From: an uncultured Acidobacteriaceae bacterium
GTDB lineage: Bacteria > Acidobacteriota > Terriglobia > Terriglobales > Acidobacteriaceae
Assembly (NCBI GenBank): GCA_963814015.1
Contig: CAWFBI010000007.1
Span: 247,461 to 311,460, forward strand
Length of the DNA stretch: 64,000 bases
Direction of reading: 5' to 3'
Below, in pieces: positions 29,038 to 38,590 of the stretch. A program made the translations under genes and the position numbers. Every line of letters starts with the position of its first letter. Position 1 is the stretch's first letter. A model generated the notes under the pieces. That model was not told the DNA's origin. It searched no databases and saw nothing but the letters and a program-made list of their open reading frames with translations.

Positions 29038-29136
29038 CGTCGCCTCACAAATCTGCTGCTTTATCTTCTCAGTGAACGTCCTCTTCGCCTGCTCGCTCAA
29101 GAGGAAGTTTTGCAAGGAACCATACTTGGTAAACAT

Positions 29137-29454
29137 ATGACCGATTTTCAAATTGTTCTCTCCACCTGCGTCGATCGCGAACAGGCTGAACGCATCGCCC
29201 ATCGCCTGGTCGAGCAGCACCTGGCTGCCTCCGTCAACATCCTGCCCGGCGTGCAATCGATTTACCGCTGGCGGGGCGGCGTCGAATCCGCGGCCGAAGT
29301 CCTGATGGTGATCAAAACCAGCTCTGCCCACAGCAAGCAGGTGCAATCGACCATCGTCAGTTTGCACTCCTATGAAGTTCCAGCGTTCCTGGTACTCCCG
29401 GTCTCCGGCGGTTCAGAGGCTTATCTTGCCTGGCTGGAAGCGAGCCTGGGGTAG
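29137..29454 (+). CDS. cutA: divalent-cation tolerance protein CutA
   Basis: 105 aa: MTDFQIVLSTCVDREQAERIA..LAASVNILPGVQSIYRWRGGVE..YEVPAFLVLPV, typical of CutA1. Confidence 0.9.
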   Translation: MTDFQIVLSTCVDREQAERIAHRLVEQHLAASVNILPGVQSIYRWRGGVESAAEVLMVIKTSSAHSKQVQSTIVSLHSYEVPAFLVLPVSGGSEAYLAWLEASLG

Positions 29455-29695
29455 AAACGCCGGTTTTTTGTTATGCTTCAAGAGGTTCCTGAGCCCGGTC
29501 GTCCTCTATGCGGCTTTTGTTCGTGGCTTTCGCGATCAGCTTCTGCGCATTGTTATGGGTGGCGTTTTCGGTTGCCCGGCACATTCTGCGGCATGACCCC
29601 GCGCAGGGCGCCAGTGGCAGGGAGCAGGATGCCGTCGTGACCTCGCCGGAATCGCGCCGGCCTCGTTGGCCTCGTTCGTAAGGGAGAGATGCAGC

Positions 29696-30307
29696 ATGGA
29701 AGAACTCGGCTTTAAGCAGGACAGCCTTCGCCCCTTGTCCGCGCCGTGCATTGCCCGGAACACCGTGCTGGCCGTGGTACTTGCCACAGCCCTGGTCGCG
29801 ATCTGCGCCCACATCTCCATCCCGCTCGGCTTCACTCCCGTTCCGGTCACCATGCAAACCTTCGCCGTGTTGCTGCTGGGGTTGCTGTTTGGTCCAGGAC
29901 CCGCCTTTGCCTGCCTGGCGCTCTACCTGATGGAAGGCGCTATTGGTCTGCCGGTCTTCAGCCCTCATGGTCCCGGCGGTATGGTTCAGCTGCTTGGCCC
30001 CACCGGCGGCTACCTGCTCTCTTATCCTTTTGCCGCAGCGCTGGCCAGCGCGCTCTATCGCCGCTGGCGTCAGTCATTCCTGGGCTCATTCCCGGCTGCG
30101 GCTGCGGCCGCGGGGCTGGCCAGCCTGCTCATCCTTGCCGCCGGCGCCATCTGGCTCGGCGTCCTCACTCATGCCAGGTTTTCTGTTGTCTTCACCCAGT
30201 CGGTCGCACCGTTCCTCCCCGGCGATGCCATCAAGATCCTCGCCGCGACGGCCTGCGTAAGCCTGCTTGCATCGCTCGGCAATGATCCCGGCAATCGAAC
30301 TCTTTAG
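29696..30307 (+). CDS. bioY: biotin transporter BioY
   Basis: Hydrophobic ~200-aa protein with IPLGFTPVPVTMQTFAVLL and GLPVFS motifs. SD GGGAGAG is 8 nt before ATG 29696. Confidence 0.85.
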   Translation: MEELGFKQDSLRPLSAPCIARNTVLAVVLATALVAICAHISIPLGFTPVPVTMQTFAVLLLGLLFGPGPAFACLALYLMEGAIGLPVFSPHGPGGMVQLLGPTGGYLLSYPFAAALASALYRRWRQSFLGSFPAAAAAAGLASLLILAAGAIWLGVLTHARFSVVFTQSVAPFLPGDAIKILAATACVSLLASLGNDPGNRTL

Positions 30308-30333
30308 GGCCGACGCTGGTTAGAAAGGATTTT

Positions 30334-31236
30334 GTGACCTCTACTCCGATTTCTCTTCCGTCCGATGCCCCAGCCCAGGGTGTGAAGACAGCCTCCGCCG
30401 CGGTCAAAGAAATCGCCATCGCCCACAGCCCGGACTCCGATGACGCCTTTATGTTCTATGGTCTTGCCACCGGCAAGATCCGCGTTCCTGGGTACAAGTT
30501 CACCCATACCCTGTGTGATATCGAGACCCTCAATCACAAAGCCATGAACGAGGCGTTCTACGACGTGACCGCCATCTCGTTTCATGCTTATCCCTACGTA
30601 CAGAAAGACTATGCGCTGATGGCTTGCGGCGGCAGCGTGGGGGAAAACTACGGTCCGATGATTGTCGCCAACCAGCGTTTCACAGCCGGTGAAATCGGCC
30701 GCGTGCGGGTCGCTGTTCCCGGCACGCTGACTACCGCCTACCTGACTCTGAAGTTGTTCGCCCCGGAAATTGAAACCGTCACCGTTCCCTTTGACAAAAT
30801 CATTCCTGAGGTAGTCGCGGGCAATTTCGACGCTGGACTCATTATCCACGAAGGCCAGCTGACCTACGCGGCCAGCGGGTTGCATAAAGTCATCGATTTA
30901 GGCGTGTGGTGGCGGGGACAGACCGGTCTTCCCCTACCGCTGGGCGGCAACGCCATTCGCCGCAACCTGGGCGAGGATGTCATGCTCACCGTTACCCAGG
31001 CGCTGCGAGACAGCATTCAGCACGCGCTCGATCATCGCGATGCTGCTCTGGAGTATTCCATGCAGTTTGCCCGCGATCTTGATCCGCAATTGGCTAACCG
31101 CTTCGTCAGCATGTACGTGAACGAGCGCACGCTTAATTACGGCGAAGATGGCAAAGAAGCCATTCGTACGCTGCTCACCATGGGCCATGAGCGGGGGCTA
31201 ATTCCAATGCCCGTCCAGGTGGACTTCGTCGGCTAA
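30334..31236 (+). CDS. MqnA/MqnD-family (futalosine-pathway menaquinone biosynthesis) protein
   Basis: 300-aa ORF with a GTG start. IAHSPDSDDAFMFYGL and periplasmic-binding-protein-like features of PF02621 members. MqnA and MqnD cannot be distinguished by eye. Confidence 0.7.
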   Translation: MTSTPISLPSDAPAQGVKTASAAVKEIAIAHSPDSDDAFMFYGLATGKIRVPGYKFTHTLCDIETLNHKAMNEAFYDVTAISFHAYPYVQKDYALMACGGSVGENYGPMIVANQRFTAGEIGRVRVAVPGTLTTAYLTLKLFAPEIETVTVPFDKIIPEVVAGNFDAGLIIHEGQLTYAASGLHKVIDLGVWWRGQTGLPLPLGGNAIRRNLGEDVMLTVTQALRDSIQHALDHRDAALEYSMQFARDLDPQLANRFVSMYVNERTLNYGEDGKEAIRTLLTMGHERGLIPMPVQVDFVG

Positions 31237-31285
31237 GAGAAGAAGTCGTCACTTGCGAAGGGACCCTGGGAATTGGAAATTCTCA

Positions 31286-31371
31286 ATCGAGGGTTTTTCA
31301 CAACCTAGCAGCGCATTGGAGGGAGGCGCCGTTTCCCCCTATTCCTCGACGGACCGCTACTTATCATCATC
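31286..31371 (+). repeat. 86-bp dispersed repeat, copy X-L
   Basis: Direct repeat of 32740-32824, with 7 substitutions and 1 indel counted by eye. Confidence 0.85.
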
Positions 31372-31400
31372 ATTATCCGCACCCTGGGAGGGCGGGTACA

Positions 31401-32720
31401 AACTCCAAATGCAACGAAATGGGTTTGAATTGATTTATAGCACTCCAGTAGCCGGGGCGGTTGGAAAGTGGGAAGCGCGGTTTGCTTTCCACTTTTCAAT
31501 GGCCCGCCGAGGGAACGGAAGTTGGAAGGGTACCCTTACCGATGGTTGACCAGTAGTCGGCAAAATCGAAAGTGCCTTCTGGGAGGAACAGTTCCGCGGG
31601 AGCTTTCCAGCCGAGTGTCTTTCTCGGTCGGGTATTGAGTTTCCATGCGATCTGATCGAGCTGTTTTTGGGAAAACAGAGACAGATCAGTCGCCTTAGGG
31701 AGGTATTGGCGGAGTAGGCCGTTGATGTTTTCGCAGATGCCTCTTTCCCAGGGAGCATGGGGATGAGCGAAATAGACAGTGACTCCAGTGTTTTTAGTCA
31801 GGGTTTTGTGTTTGCTCATCTCACTGCCCTGGTCAAAGGTCATGGAAAGGCGCATCTGGCTTTCAAAGCGTTTGAAAATCTTGGTAAAGCACTCCGCGAC
31901 CGTGTCGGCCTTACCGTTGGGCAACTTCACCAGGGCGACAAAGAGGCTCTTTCGCTCCACCAGGGTGCCTACCTGAGAAAGGTTTCCCTTGCCAATCATG
32001 AGGTCTCCTTCCCAGTGGCCGGGAATCAGTCGCTCGTTCACTTCGATAGGCCTTCGGTCGATCAAGGTCATGTCGGGAATGGAGTGACTGCGCCCGTTTT
32101 TGCCACGCGCCGGTCTGCGCGCCTTGTGTCTGCGGCGCAACAGATCCAGCAGGCTGGCGCGGAGCTGTCCTCGTGGCATGGCATACAGTGCGGTGTAGAT
32201 GGCCTCATGGGAAAGACGGACCGGATCAGCCATACGTGCCAGTGTGCTCGCAATCTGCACAGGACTCAAGCCTCGGCGAAGATGCCTCAGCATGGTCATC
32301 CAAAGCTGGTTGCCGGCTTTCAGCTTGCGAGGGCGGCGCGCCTTAACAGATAACACACGGGCTCTTCGATCAGCTGCCACACTGCGGTAGCCTCCAGCAA
32401 TGCTGCCCTTACGCAGCTTCGCTCTCCATCCGTTGCGCCGAATCTCACGGGTTATGGTCGACCGGGCTCGCCTCAGCTCGGCAGCGATCCTTGCCGGTCT
32501 CCTCCCATGGCTTAACTGCGTTTCAAGAAACACCCGCTCCGACAAATCAAGATGACGAAAACTTCTTGGCATATCGCAACTATCTCCTATTCTGGAAATG
32601 TTGCACTTGTAGGCTGAATCCGCCGTGCCCCATATCTCGCTCGTTTTTCGCGAGATGTGGGATACCACGGGCCTCAACCTTTCGCTCTCAACGACGAGTC
32701 GAGTTTAGGAGTTGCAAGGA
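31401..32720 (-). mobile_element. IS30-family insertion sequence (boundaries approximate)
   Basis: Single IS30-type transposase ORF. The segment is bracketed by AGGGCGGGTA (31389-31398) and AGGGCGGGAGTA (32722-32733). Only a weak terminal inverted repeat is visible (AACTCCAAA / TTTAGGAGTT). Confidence 0.55.
31496..32572 (-). CDS. IS30-family DDE transposase
   Basis: MPRSFRHLDLSERVFLE.. HTH N-terminus, plus DDE motifs HWEGDLM, TFDQGSEM and PHAPWERGICENINGLLRQYLPK. A hairpin lies directly after the stop. Confidence 0.9.
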   Translation of the reverse strand: MPRSFRHLDLSERVFLETQLSHGRRPARIAAELRRARSTITREIRRNGWRAKLRKGSIAGGYRSVAADRRARVLSVKARRPRKLKAGNQLWMTMLRHLRRGLSPVQIASTLARMADPVRLSHEAIYTALYAMPRGQLRASLLDLLRRRHKARRPARGKNGRSHSIPDMTLIDRRPIEVNERLIPGHWEGDLMIGKGNLSQVGTLVERKSLFVALVKLPNGKADTVAECFTKIFKRFESQMRLSMTFDQGSEMSKHKTLTKNTGVTVYFAHPHAPWERGICENINGLLRQYLPKATDLSLFSQKQLDQIAWKLNTRPRKTLGWKAPAELFLPEGTFDFADYWSTIGKGTLPTSVPSAGH

Positions 32721-32739
32721 CAGGGCGGGAGTATCGCAC

Positions 32740-32824
32740 ATCGAGGGTTTTTACAACCTGGCAGCGCAGTGGAGGGAGATGCCGTTTCCCCCTATTCCCC
32801 GAAGGACCGCTACTCATCATCATC
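32740..32824 (+). repeat. 85-bp dispersed repeat, copy X-R
   Basis: Direct repeat of 31286-31371. Overlaps the last five codons and the stop of the 32810-35653 gene. Confidence 0.85.
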
Positions 32825-35653
32825 CGGCTCTCGCCGGCCAGGATGGGCCAACTGCAGCGGTAAGGGTCTGTGCCCCATCGCATCGCGCCATAGGATCACA
32901 TTCAGCATCCGAGGATCGGCGCGGTCTTCATGCTCAAAATCCATCCCGCTCGACGCCTGCGCCCCTGGCGCCTTGGGCCCATTCGCCTTATACAACAAAC
33001 CGTTATCGCGATTGCGATAGTCCGCTTCATAGGCCGGCTGATCGCCAGCGCCCATGAATAGCGATGCGATGGGCGGGGCAAAGGCATCGTTGTTGTTCAT
33101 CGGCGGCAAGTCCAACAGCTCCTCCATCGTCCGGACCACACTTACGGTCGTATAAAACGTGCTGTCCACGGTCGGCTGCGCCGCGCGGGGGGAATACCTG
33201 CTCACTACCAGGGCAACGCTGCGATGGGCGTCGACGTGGTCCGCCCCGTTCTGGGCATCGTCCTCCAGGATGAAGAACGCAGTGTCATCCCAGTAAGCAC
33301 TGTGGGCGATGGCCTCGACCGCTCGTCCCACTGCCAGATCGTTATCCGCGACCGAAGCTTTGGGCGTCGGCATCCCTGGAGTGGTTCCTGCGGTGTGGTC
33401 GTTGGGAAGGCGGAGTTGCACCAACTGCGGCATCGTATCGTGACCATTCTGGCGATCAGCAACCCACCGCCGAAAGTGGGTCAGGAACTCTTCCACCCGC
33501 AGCTGATCGGGAAAACTCAGATTGAAGTCCGGGTATTGCGGATCGAAGTGACCAACCAGCTCCGGCTTGGTGGCCACGTTTTTGCTAATCAGCGGAATCG
33601 GCCACGGGTACGGACTCGTGCCGCCGCCATAGTTCTGTGGAATCGCTTCGCCGTGACGAATCGAGCCATGCGCTCCGCACTGCTCGGGCGCCGGTTCGGG
33701 CGTTCCCGCGGTTGGGGATCCCTGATGCAACGGGCTTTCGGGATCGAAGCAAAACTTGGTCGAAATGAACTCGCCGAAGTGATACAGAGTCTTGCCGTTG
33801 CGCGCTAAATCGGTCCAGAGATATCCGCTGCCGGGCTCATTGACGTCAGAAATGCCTTCGAGCAAGGGATAGCCGTTCGCCACCACGCCCTCAAAATCGT
33901 AGACTCGCTCCCGCCCGCGGTAGCTCTGCTGCCAGGTCTTCTCCGTGTAGTCGCTGGAAATGGCGGCGTTCGACCACACGTGCCCGTCGCCCGAGACCTC
34001 GCCCGAATCGTAGAAGTTGTCGAGCACGCCAAACTGCTTTGCCAGCTCGTGTTCGTTGGGCGTTATTTCCTCGCCGTACATGGTAAGTCCGGGAGATCCG
34101 TTCCCTACCCCCAGATCACCAAGGATCTGATCGTAAGTGCGGTTTTCTTTGATGATGTAGATCACATGCCGGATTGGGTTGGTGCCACCGCGGAAGGCAA
34201 TCTTCGCTTGCGCGGCCTTCATCATATTCGTCTCTATCACGGTGCGCGTCAGCTGCTCGCGCTGGCTATCGATCTTCGAGAGGTCGATGGCGGCGAGAGA
34301 TCCGTGCAGCAGGGTGGCGATATAGGTGGAGCTGCCACTCAGCCGGGATACGCCGGCGACGTGCGGTTGCGGCATGTTGTTTGGTCCCGTTCCCTGGCCT
34401 TTGGCGGTCGCCACGTAAAGCATATTGCCATTGACCGCCAGCGCGGTTGGATACCACTCGGTCGGCACCCAACCCACCGCGGTTATTTCCTTGTCCGCTG
34501 CTTGCCTCCGCCGGAGATCAAACACCGCGATGGCGTCGGAGCCGGTGTTCGCGGCAAAGAGCCGCTTGCCGTCCTCAGACACCGCGACCGCATCCGGCAT
34601 GGAGCCGAAATAGGTCTGCCCGGGCAGCCGCGTGTCGTAAATGGCATCGAGCTTGAGCTCTGCCCCACCGACGCGCACGGCGGCCACCGCATCCCGGTTG
34701 GCCAGGGCCACATAAAGAATCTTCTCGTCCGGGCTCCATGCGAAGGCTGCGGGATGGGAACTGGACGCGGTCGCCTCTCGCGGAGCAAGCAGAGTCAGTT
34801 TCTTCATTACCTTGCCGCTGTCCAGGTCCAGCTCCGCCACCGCCGAGCCGTTCCACAACGCCACATAGGCGCGGCTCCCGGCACGGTTGACTGCGATGGA
34901 AACGGGATAGGTAGAGGGCACCACATTGCCCTGCGACAGGTCAAAGCGGCGCAGCACCTTGCCGGTGACTCCATCCATCAGCAGGACGTCGTCAGAGAGA
35001 TTGTTCGCCACCAGCAATTCATCGCTCCCGGCCGGTCCCTTGCGTACTGCGATTCCGGCCGGCGAAGGGATCGCCGTGCCTGCGGGTAGAGCCACGCCAA
35101 GCGGATTTTGCCGCTTCCCCGCCGCCAGTTGCTGTAAAGGGACGGGGAGCAACTGCTCGGCCTTCACGTTGCCATCGCTAAAGTCGTATACGGCGATGGC
35201 ATTGCCGGTCTCGACGCGATTGGCCCCCCGGGGGGCGCCTTTGCCCCCTTGCGGCGCGGTCAGAGAATCGAAGACCGCATACAAATGGGTGCCGTCCTTG
35301 CCGAAGGCCAGCCCCGAATAGAGAGTCTGCGGCAGACCCAGCGCTGTTCTCGGATCGGGATAATCCGTCACCTTACCGCTCCGGATATCGAGCACCGCAA
35401 TCGATTGCTGATAGCGCGACTCGAAGGTGCCGTAACCGGCATTCACCACCGCCAGATAATGCCCATCGGGCGAGATGGCGGCGGTCATGGGCAGGCTATT
35501 CAGTCTTTGTGGTCCGCCGGGAACCGGCTCAGCCAGCTGCTTGCTGGTGGGCAGGGCGATTTGTCCCTGCGCCGGCAGCGGCGCAACCATCAGAACCAGC
35601 CAAAGTACATGACTCGAAAGTCGACACCAACGCGCGAAAGTTTTTCCCACCAT
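32810..35653 (-). CDS. secreted beta-propeller (YncE/YVTN-like) fused to phosphoesterase-family (PLC/AcpA-type) domain
   Basis: Signal peptide from MVGKTF, N-terminal repeats typical of YVTN/lactonase propellers, and a C-terminal half with IKENRTYDQILGDL and DDAQNGADHVDAHRS motifs of the PF04185 phosphoesterase family. Confidence 0.85.
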   Translation of the reverse strand: MVGKTFARWCRLSSHVLWLVLMVAPLPAQGQIALPTSKQLAEPVPGGPQRLNSLPMTAAISPDGHYLAVVNAGYGTFESRYQQSIAVLDIRSGKVTDYPDPRTALGLPQTLYSGLAFGKDGTHLYAVFDSLTAPQGGKGAPRGANRVETGNAIAVYDFSDGNVKAEQLLPVPLQQLAAGKRQNPLGVALPAGTAIPSPAGIAVRKGPAGSDELLVANNLSDDVLLMDGVTGKVLRRFDLSQGNVVPSTYPVSIAVNRAGSRAYVALWNGSAVAELDLDSGKVMKKLTLLAPREATASSSHPAAFAWSPDEKILYVALANRDAVAAVRVGGAELKLDAIYDTRLPGQTYFGSMPDAVAVSEDGKRLFAANTGSDAIAVFDLRRRQAADKEITAVGWVPTEWYPTALAVNGNMLYVATAKGQGTGPNNMPQPHVAGVSRLSGSSTYIATLLHGSLAAIDLSKIDSQREQLTRTVIETNMMKAAQAKIAFRGGTNPIRHVIYIIKENRTYDQILGDLGVGNGSPGLTMYGEEITPNEHELAKQFGVLDNFYDSGEVSGDGHVWSNAAISSDYTEKTWQQSYRGRERVYDFEGVVANGYPLLEGISDVNEPGSGYLWTDLARNGKTLYHFGEFISTKFCFDPESPLHQGSPTAGTPEPAPEQCGAHGSIRHGEAIPQNYGGGTSPYPWPIPLISKNVATKPELVGHFDPQYPDFNLSFPDQLRVEEFLTHFRRWVADRQNGHDTMPQLVQLRLPNDHTAGTTPGMPTPKASVADNDLAVGRAVEAIAHSAYWDDTAFFILEDDAQNGADHVDAHRSVALVVSRYSPRAAQPTVDSTFYTTVSVVRTMEELLDLPPMNNNDAFAPPIASLFMGAGDQPAYEADYRNRDNGLLYKANGPKAPGAQASSGMDFEHEDRADPRMLNVILWRDAMGHRPLPLQLAHPGRREPDDDE

Positions 35654-35860
35654 CAACACCCCGCGAAAGCACAAATTCAGATGCAACCCGTCCCGGCTGA
35701 CCTACTTGCGAGCGATTCGGGCAGTGCAGGTTTTTCCACTACCAGTATCGCCAAGTGTCATTACAAAACTCTTACGAACGAACCACCAGGCCCCCTGTTA
35801 GGGTCGAGTTAACCGATCCCATTGTTTTTTTGAAGTTCGAAAGGGACTCTCCGCCAGATC

Positions 35861-36823
35861 ATGCTGACAGAAATCGTAGAACCCATCTCCACTCCATCCA
35901 TTGTTTCTCCGGCCGAAGCCGGCGAGCGAAAGGCCGACCAGGCGCGGCGAGCACAAAAGCACAGCGATGTGCCGGTGCTTGGCCGCGGCACCCAGGCGCA
36001 ACGTACCAACTGGGTGACCACCAGCTTCATGGTGGCTTTTCACGTGCTCGCCGTAGTTGCTCTCTTTATGTTTACCTGGAAGGCCTTTTTCTGCTTCGTC
36101 GTGCTCTGGTTCGTGGCCATCAACATGGGCATCGGCATGGGCTACCATCGTCTGCTAACCCATCGCGGCTACCGCACCCCCAAGTGGCTGGAGTACTTTC
36201 TTTCGATTTGCGGCACGCTGGCGCTCGAAGGCGGACCCATTTTCTGGGTGGCCACCCACCGCGTTCATCACCAGCTTACGGATCGCGAAGGTGACCCGCA
36301 CACCCCCCACGATGGCGGGTGGTGGTCTCACGCCGGCTGGATTCTCTCCGGAGACGCCCTGCACCACGAGACCGCGCTCATGGCCCGCTACGCTCCCGAT
36401 CTTGCTAAGGATCGCTTCCAGATCTGGCTGAGCAAGTATCACTACGTCCCCATGATCGTGGTTGGGTTGGCGCTCCTGGCGTTCGGCGGATGGCCTTGCG
36501 TGATGTGGGGCATCTTCCTCCGCGTGACGCTTGGTTTGCATGCCACCTGGCTGGTCAACTCCGCCACCCACATGTGGGGCTCCAGGCGGTTTTCGACCCG
36601 TGACGAATCGCGCAACAACTGGTGGGTGGCGCTGATCACCGGCGGCGAAGGCTGGCACAACAACCATCATGCTCATCCCGTCTCAGTCAGGCACGGTCTT
36701 ACGTGGTGGGAGTTCGATCTTAACTACTATGGCATCTGGCTGCTCAAGAAAATCGGTCTCGCCAACAACGTCAAAGTGGCTCAGTTCGACCCCCACGATC
36801 CACGCCCTGCAGGCGTCTCCTAA
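35861..36823 (+). CDS. acyl-CoA (delta-9) fatty-acid desaturase
   Basis: Three histidine boxes (HRLLTHRGY, HRVHHQLTD, GEGWHNNHHAHP) and four TM helices. Confidence 0.9.
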   Translation: MLTEIVEPISTPSIVSPAEAGERKADQARRAQKHSDVPVLGRGTQAQRTNWVTTSFMVAFHVLAVVALFMFTWKAFFCFVVLWFVAINMGIGMGYHRLLTHRGYRTPKWLEYFLSICGTLALEGGPIFWVATHRVHHQLTDREGDPHTPHDGGWWSHAGWILSGDALHHETALMARYAPDLAKDRFQIWLSKYHYVPMIVVGLALLAFGGWPCVMWGIFLRVTLGLHATWLVNSATHMWGSRRFSTRDESRNNWWVALITGGEGWHNNHHAHPVSVRHGLTWWEFDLNYYGIWLLKKIGLANNVKVAQFDPHDPRPAGVS

Positions 36824-36847
36824 TCCCCCGGTGCGGTTGCCAACCCT

Positions 36848-36880
36848 GGGCGCGACTTCGGTCGCGCCCTTCCCTTTTCC
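36848..36880 (+). terminator. rho-independent terminator after the desaturase gene
   Basis: GGGCGCGAC-UUCG-GUCGCGCCC followed by UUCCCUUUUCC. Confidence 0.75.
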
Positions 36881-36910
36881 CGCCGCTATACTTTGGCTAG
36901 GGCTTCGGGC

Positions 36911-37837
36911 ATGCGCATCACCAGACGCAGAAATGCGATTGTTCTTTCCATTACCCTGGGCGCTTGCCTGGTGGCTGTGGCGATCGCCTTCAACGTCGCC
37001 TGGATCATCATCAACTGGCGCAGCGTAATCCTGCTGGTCATTGGCATTCCCCTCTTCCTGCTCCTAATCGCCGGTTTGATTCTGAACACCATATTTCTGG
37101 TGCGCGAGGTAAAGCGGAACGAACGCCACGACAGTTTTCTCAATGCCGTCACCCACGAACTCAAGACCCCCATCACCTCCATCCGTCTGTATTTGGAAAC
37201 CCTCCAGCGCCACGAGCTGCCGGAGTCGCAGCGGAAAGAGTTCTACGACATCATGCTCTCCGATAGTGAGCGACTGCTCGCCACCGTGGAGCAGGTGCTC
37301 AAGGCGGGAGAAGTGGGCCAGCGAGCGCGTAACCAGGTCCGCCTGCAGCTCCAGTTCGACGACGTGGTCCGCGACTGCATACGCACCACGCTCCAGCGTT
37401 ACCACCTGCAGGAGTCCACAATCCAGTTCACGGTAGACTCCGACGCCGAGCAGCTCGCCGTGGTCGGCAACCCGGAGGACCTGCGCACTGCCGTCCTCAA
37501 CATTCTCGATAACGCGGTTAAGTATTCCCCGGAAGGGCCGCAACTCGAGGTGCATCTCGCGCTCGATGGCGAGGCCTGGATGATGCTCACCGTTTCCGAT
37601 CGCGGCCTGGGCATTGCGCCTCTGCACCTGAAGCGAATTTTCAAGCGCTTTTACCGCGTACCGGCCCGCAACGTCTTCCGCATCAAAGGTACCGGGCTGG
37701 GCCTGTTCCTGGTCCGCTCCATCGCCCGCCAACACGGTGGCGATGTGGTCGCCGAATCGGAGGGAGAAGGGCGAGGCACCACCATCCGGCTGCAGCTTCC
37801 GCGTGCCCTCTCGACCGCCGCCAAAGGGGCCCGCTGA
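36911..37837 (+). CDS. sensor histidine kinase with minimal extracytoplasmic loop (intramembrane-sensing type)
   Basis: Two TM helices separated by only about INWRS. HisKA H-box FLNAVTHELKTPITSI, plus HATPase_c N, G1 and G2 boxes (DNAVKYSP, SDRGLGI, GTGLGL). ATG 36911 preferred over TTG 36893. Confidence 0.85.
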   Translation: MRITRRRNAIVLSITLGACLVAVAIAFNVAWIIINWRSVILLVIGIPLFLLLIAGLILNTIFLVREVKRNERHDSFLNAVTHELKTPITSIRLYLETLQRHELPESQRKEFYDIMLSDSERLLATVEQVLKAGEVGQRARNQVRLQLQFDDVVRDCIRTTLQRYHLQESTIQFTVDSDAEQLAVVGNPEDLRTAVLNILDNAVKYSPEGPQLEVHLALDGEAWMMLTVSDRGLGIAPLHLKRIFKRFYRVPARNVFRIKGTGLGLFLVRSIARQHGGDVVAESEGEGRGTTIRLQLPRALSTAAKGAR

Positions 37838-38590
37838 ATGGCCTCAAACATCCTGGTAGTTGAAGATGAGGCGCACCTGGCGCAGGGTCTGCTCTTCAAT
37901 CTACGCGCTGAGGGCTACACCGCGCAGGTCGCGGTGGACGGCGAAACCGCCCTGGAGATGATCGCAGCCGACTCCTTCGATGCCATCATCCTCGACGTGA
38001 TGCTCCCCGGACGAGATGGGTTTTCGGTCGCCGCGGAACTGCGGGCACAACAGAATTTCGTGCCCATCCTCATGCTCACCGCCCGCGGCCGCCCGGAGGA
38101 TGTACTCAACGGATTCACTGCCGGAGCCGACGACTATCTCCCTAAGCCCTTTGATCTTGCCATCCTGCTGGCGCGTCTCAACGGCCTGCTGCGACGCATG
38201 GCGTGGCTTCGTCCCGGGGTTGCCGCTGCCCCTGCCCAGCCGCCGCGCGGCATCGTCGTGCCTTCTACGTTTTCGTTCGCCGGGCGCACCATCCACTTCC
38301 CTTCGCTCGAGCTCTCAACCCCTGAAAAGACCATCCGCCTTACCCTGATGGAGTGCGACCTGCTTCGCTACCTGGTCCTCAACCAGGGGCGGATTATCTC
38401 CCGCAAGGAGTTGCTGGAACAAGTCTGGCGGGTACGTGAGGACACGGACACGCGGGCTATCGACAACTTCATGGTCCGCCTGCGCCGTTACATTGAAGAC
38501 AATCCCGCCGAACCTGTCTTTCTAGAGACCGTGCGCGGGGTCGGCTATCGTTTCCTTCCCGGCGTGGCGAGCCCTGCCTCGTCCGAGTAG
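37838..38590 (+). CDS. OmpR/PhoB-family response regulator
   Basis: Receiver domain (ILVVEDE..DAIILDVMLPGRDG) plus a winged-helix C-terminus (ETVRGVGYRF). Its ATG abuts the kinase stop (TGAATG). Confidence 0.9.
   Translation: MASNILVVEDEAHLAQGLLFNLRAEGYTAQVAVDGETALEMIAADSFDAIILDVMLPGRDGFSVAAELRAQQNFVPILMLTARGRPEDVLNGFTAGADDYLPKPFDLAILLARLNGLLRRMAWLRPGVAAAPAQPPRGIVVPSTFSFAGRTIHFPSLELSTPEKTIRLTLMECDLLRYLVLNQGRIISRKELLEQVWRVREDTDTRAIDNFMVRLRRYIEDNPAEPVFLETVRGVGYRFLPGVASPASSE

Noticed and set aside
29471-29968. 165-aa minus-strand ORF between cutA and bioY
   Set aside because: It overlaps the bioY start in antisense, is R/G/Q/H-rich, and has no motifs. The cutA-bioY spacer seems to be non-coding.
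33980-35089. 369-aa plus-strand ORF (and other 60-200-aa ORFs at 33224-35812)
   Set aside because: It is antisense to the 947-aa propeller/phosphoesterase gene, which has clear family motifs. Its R/G/H-rich composition is an artefact.
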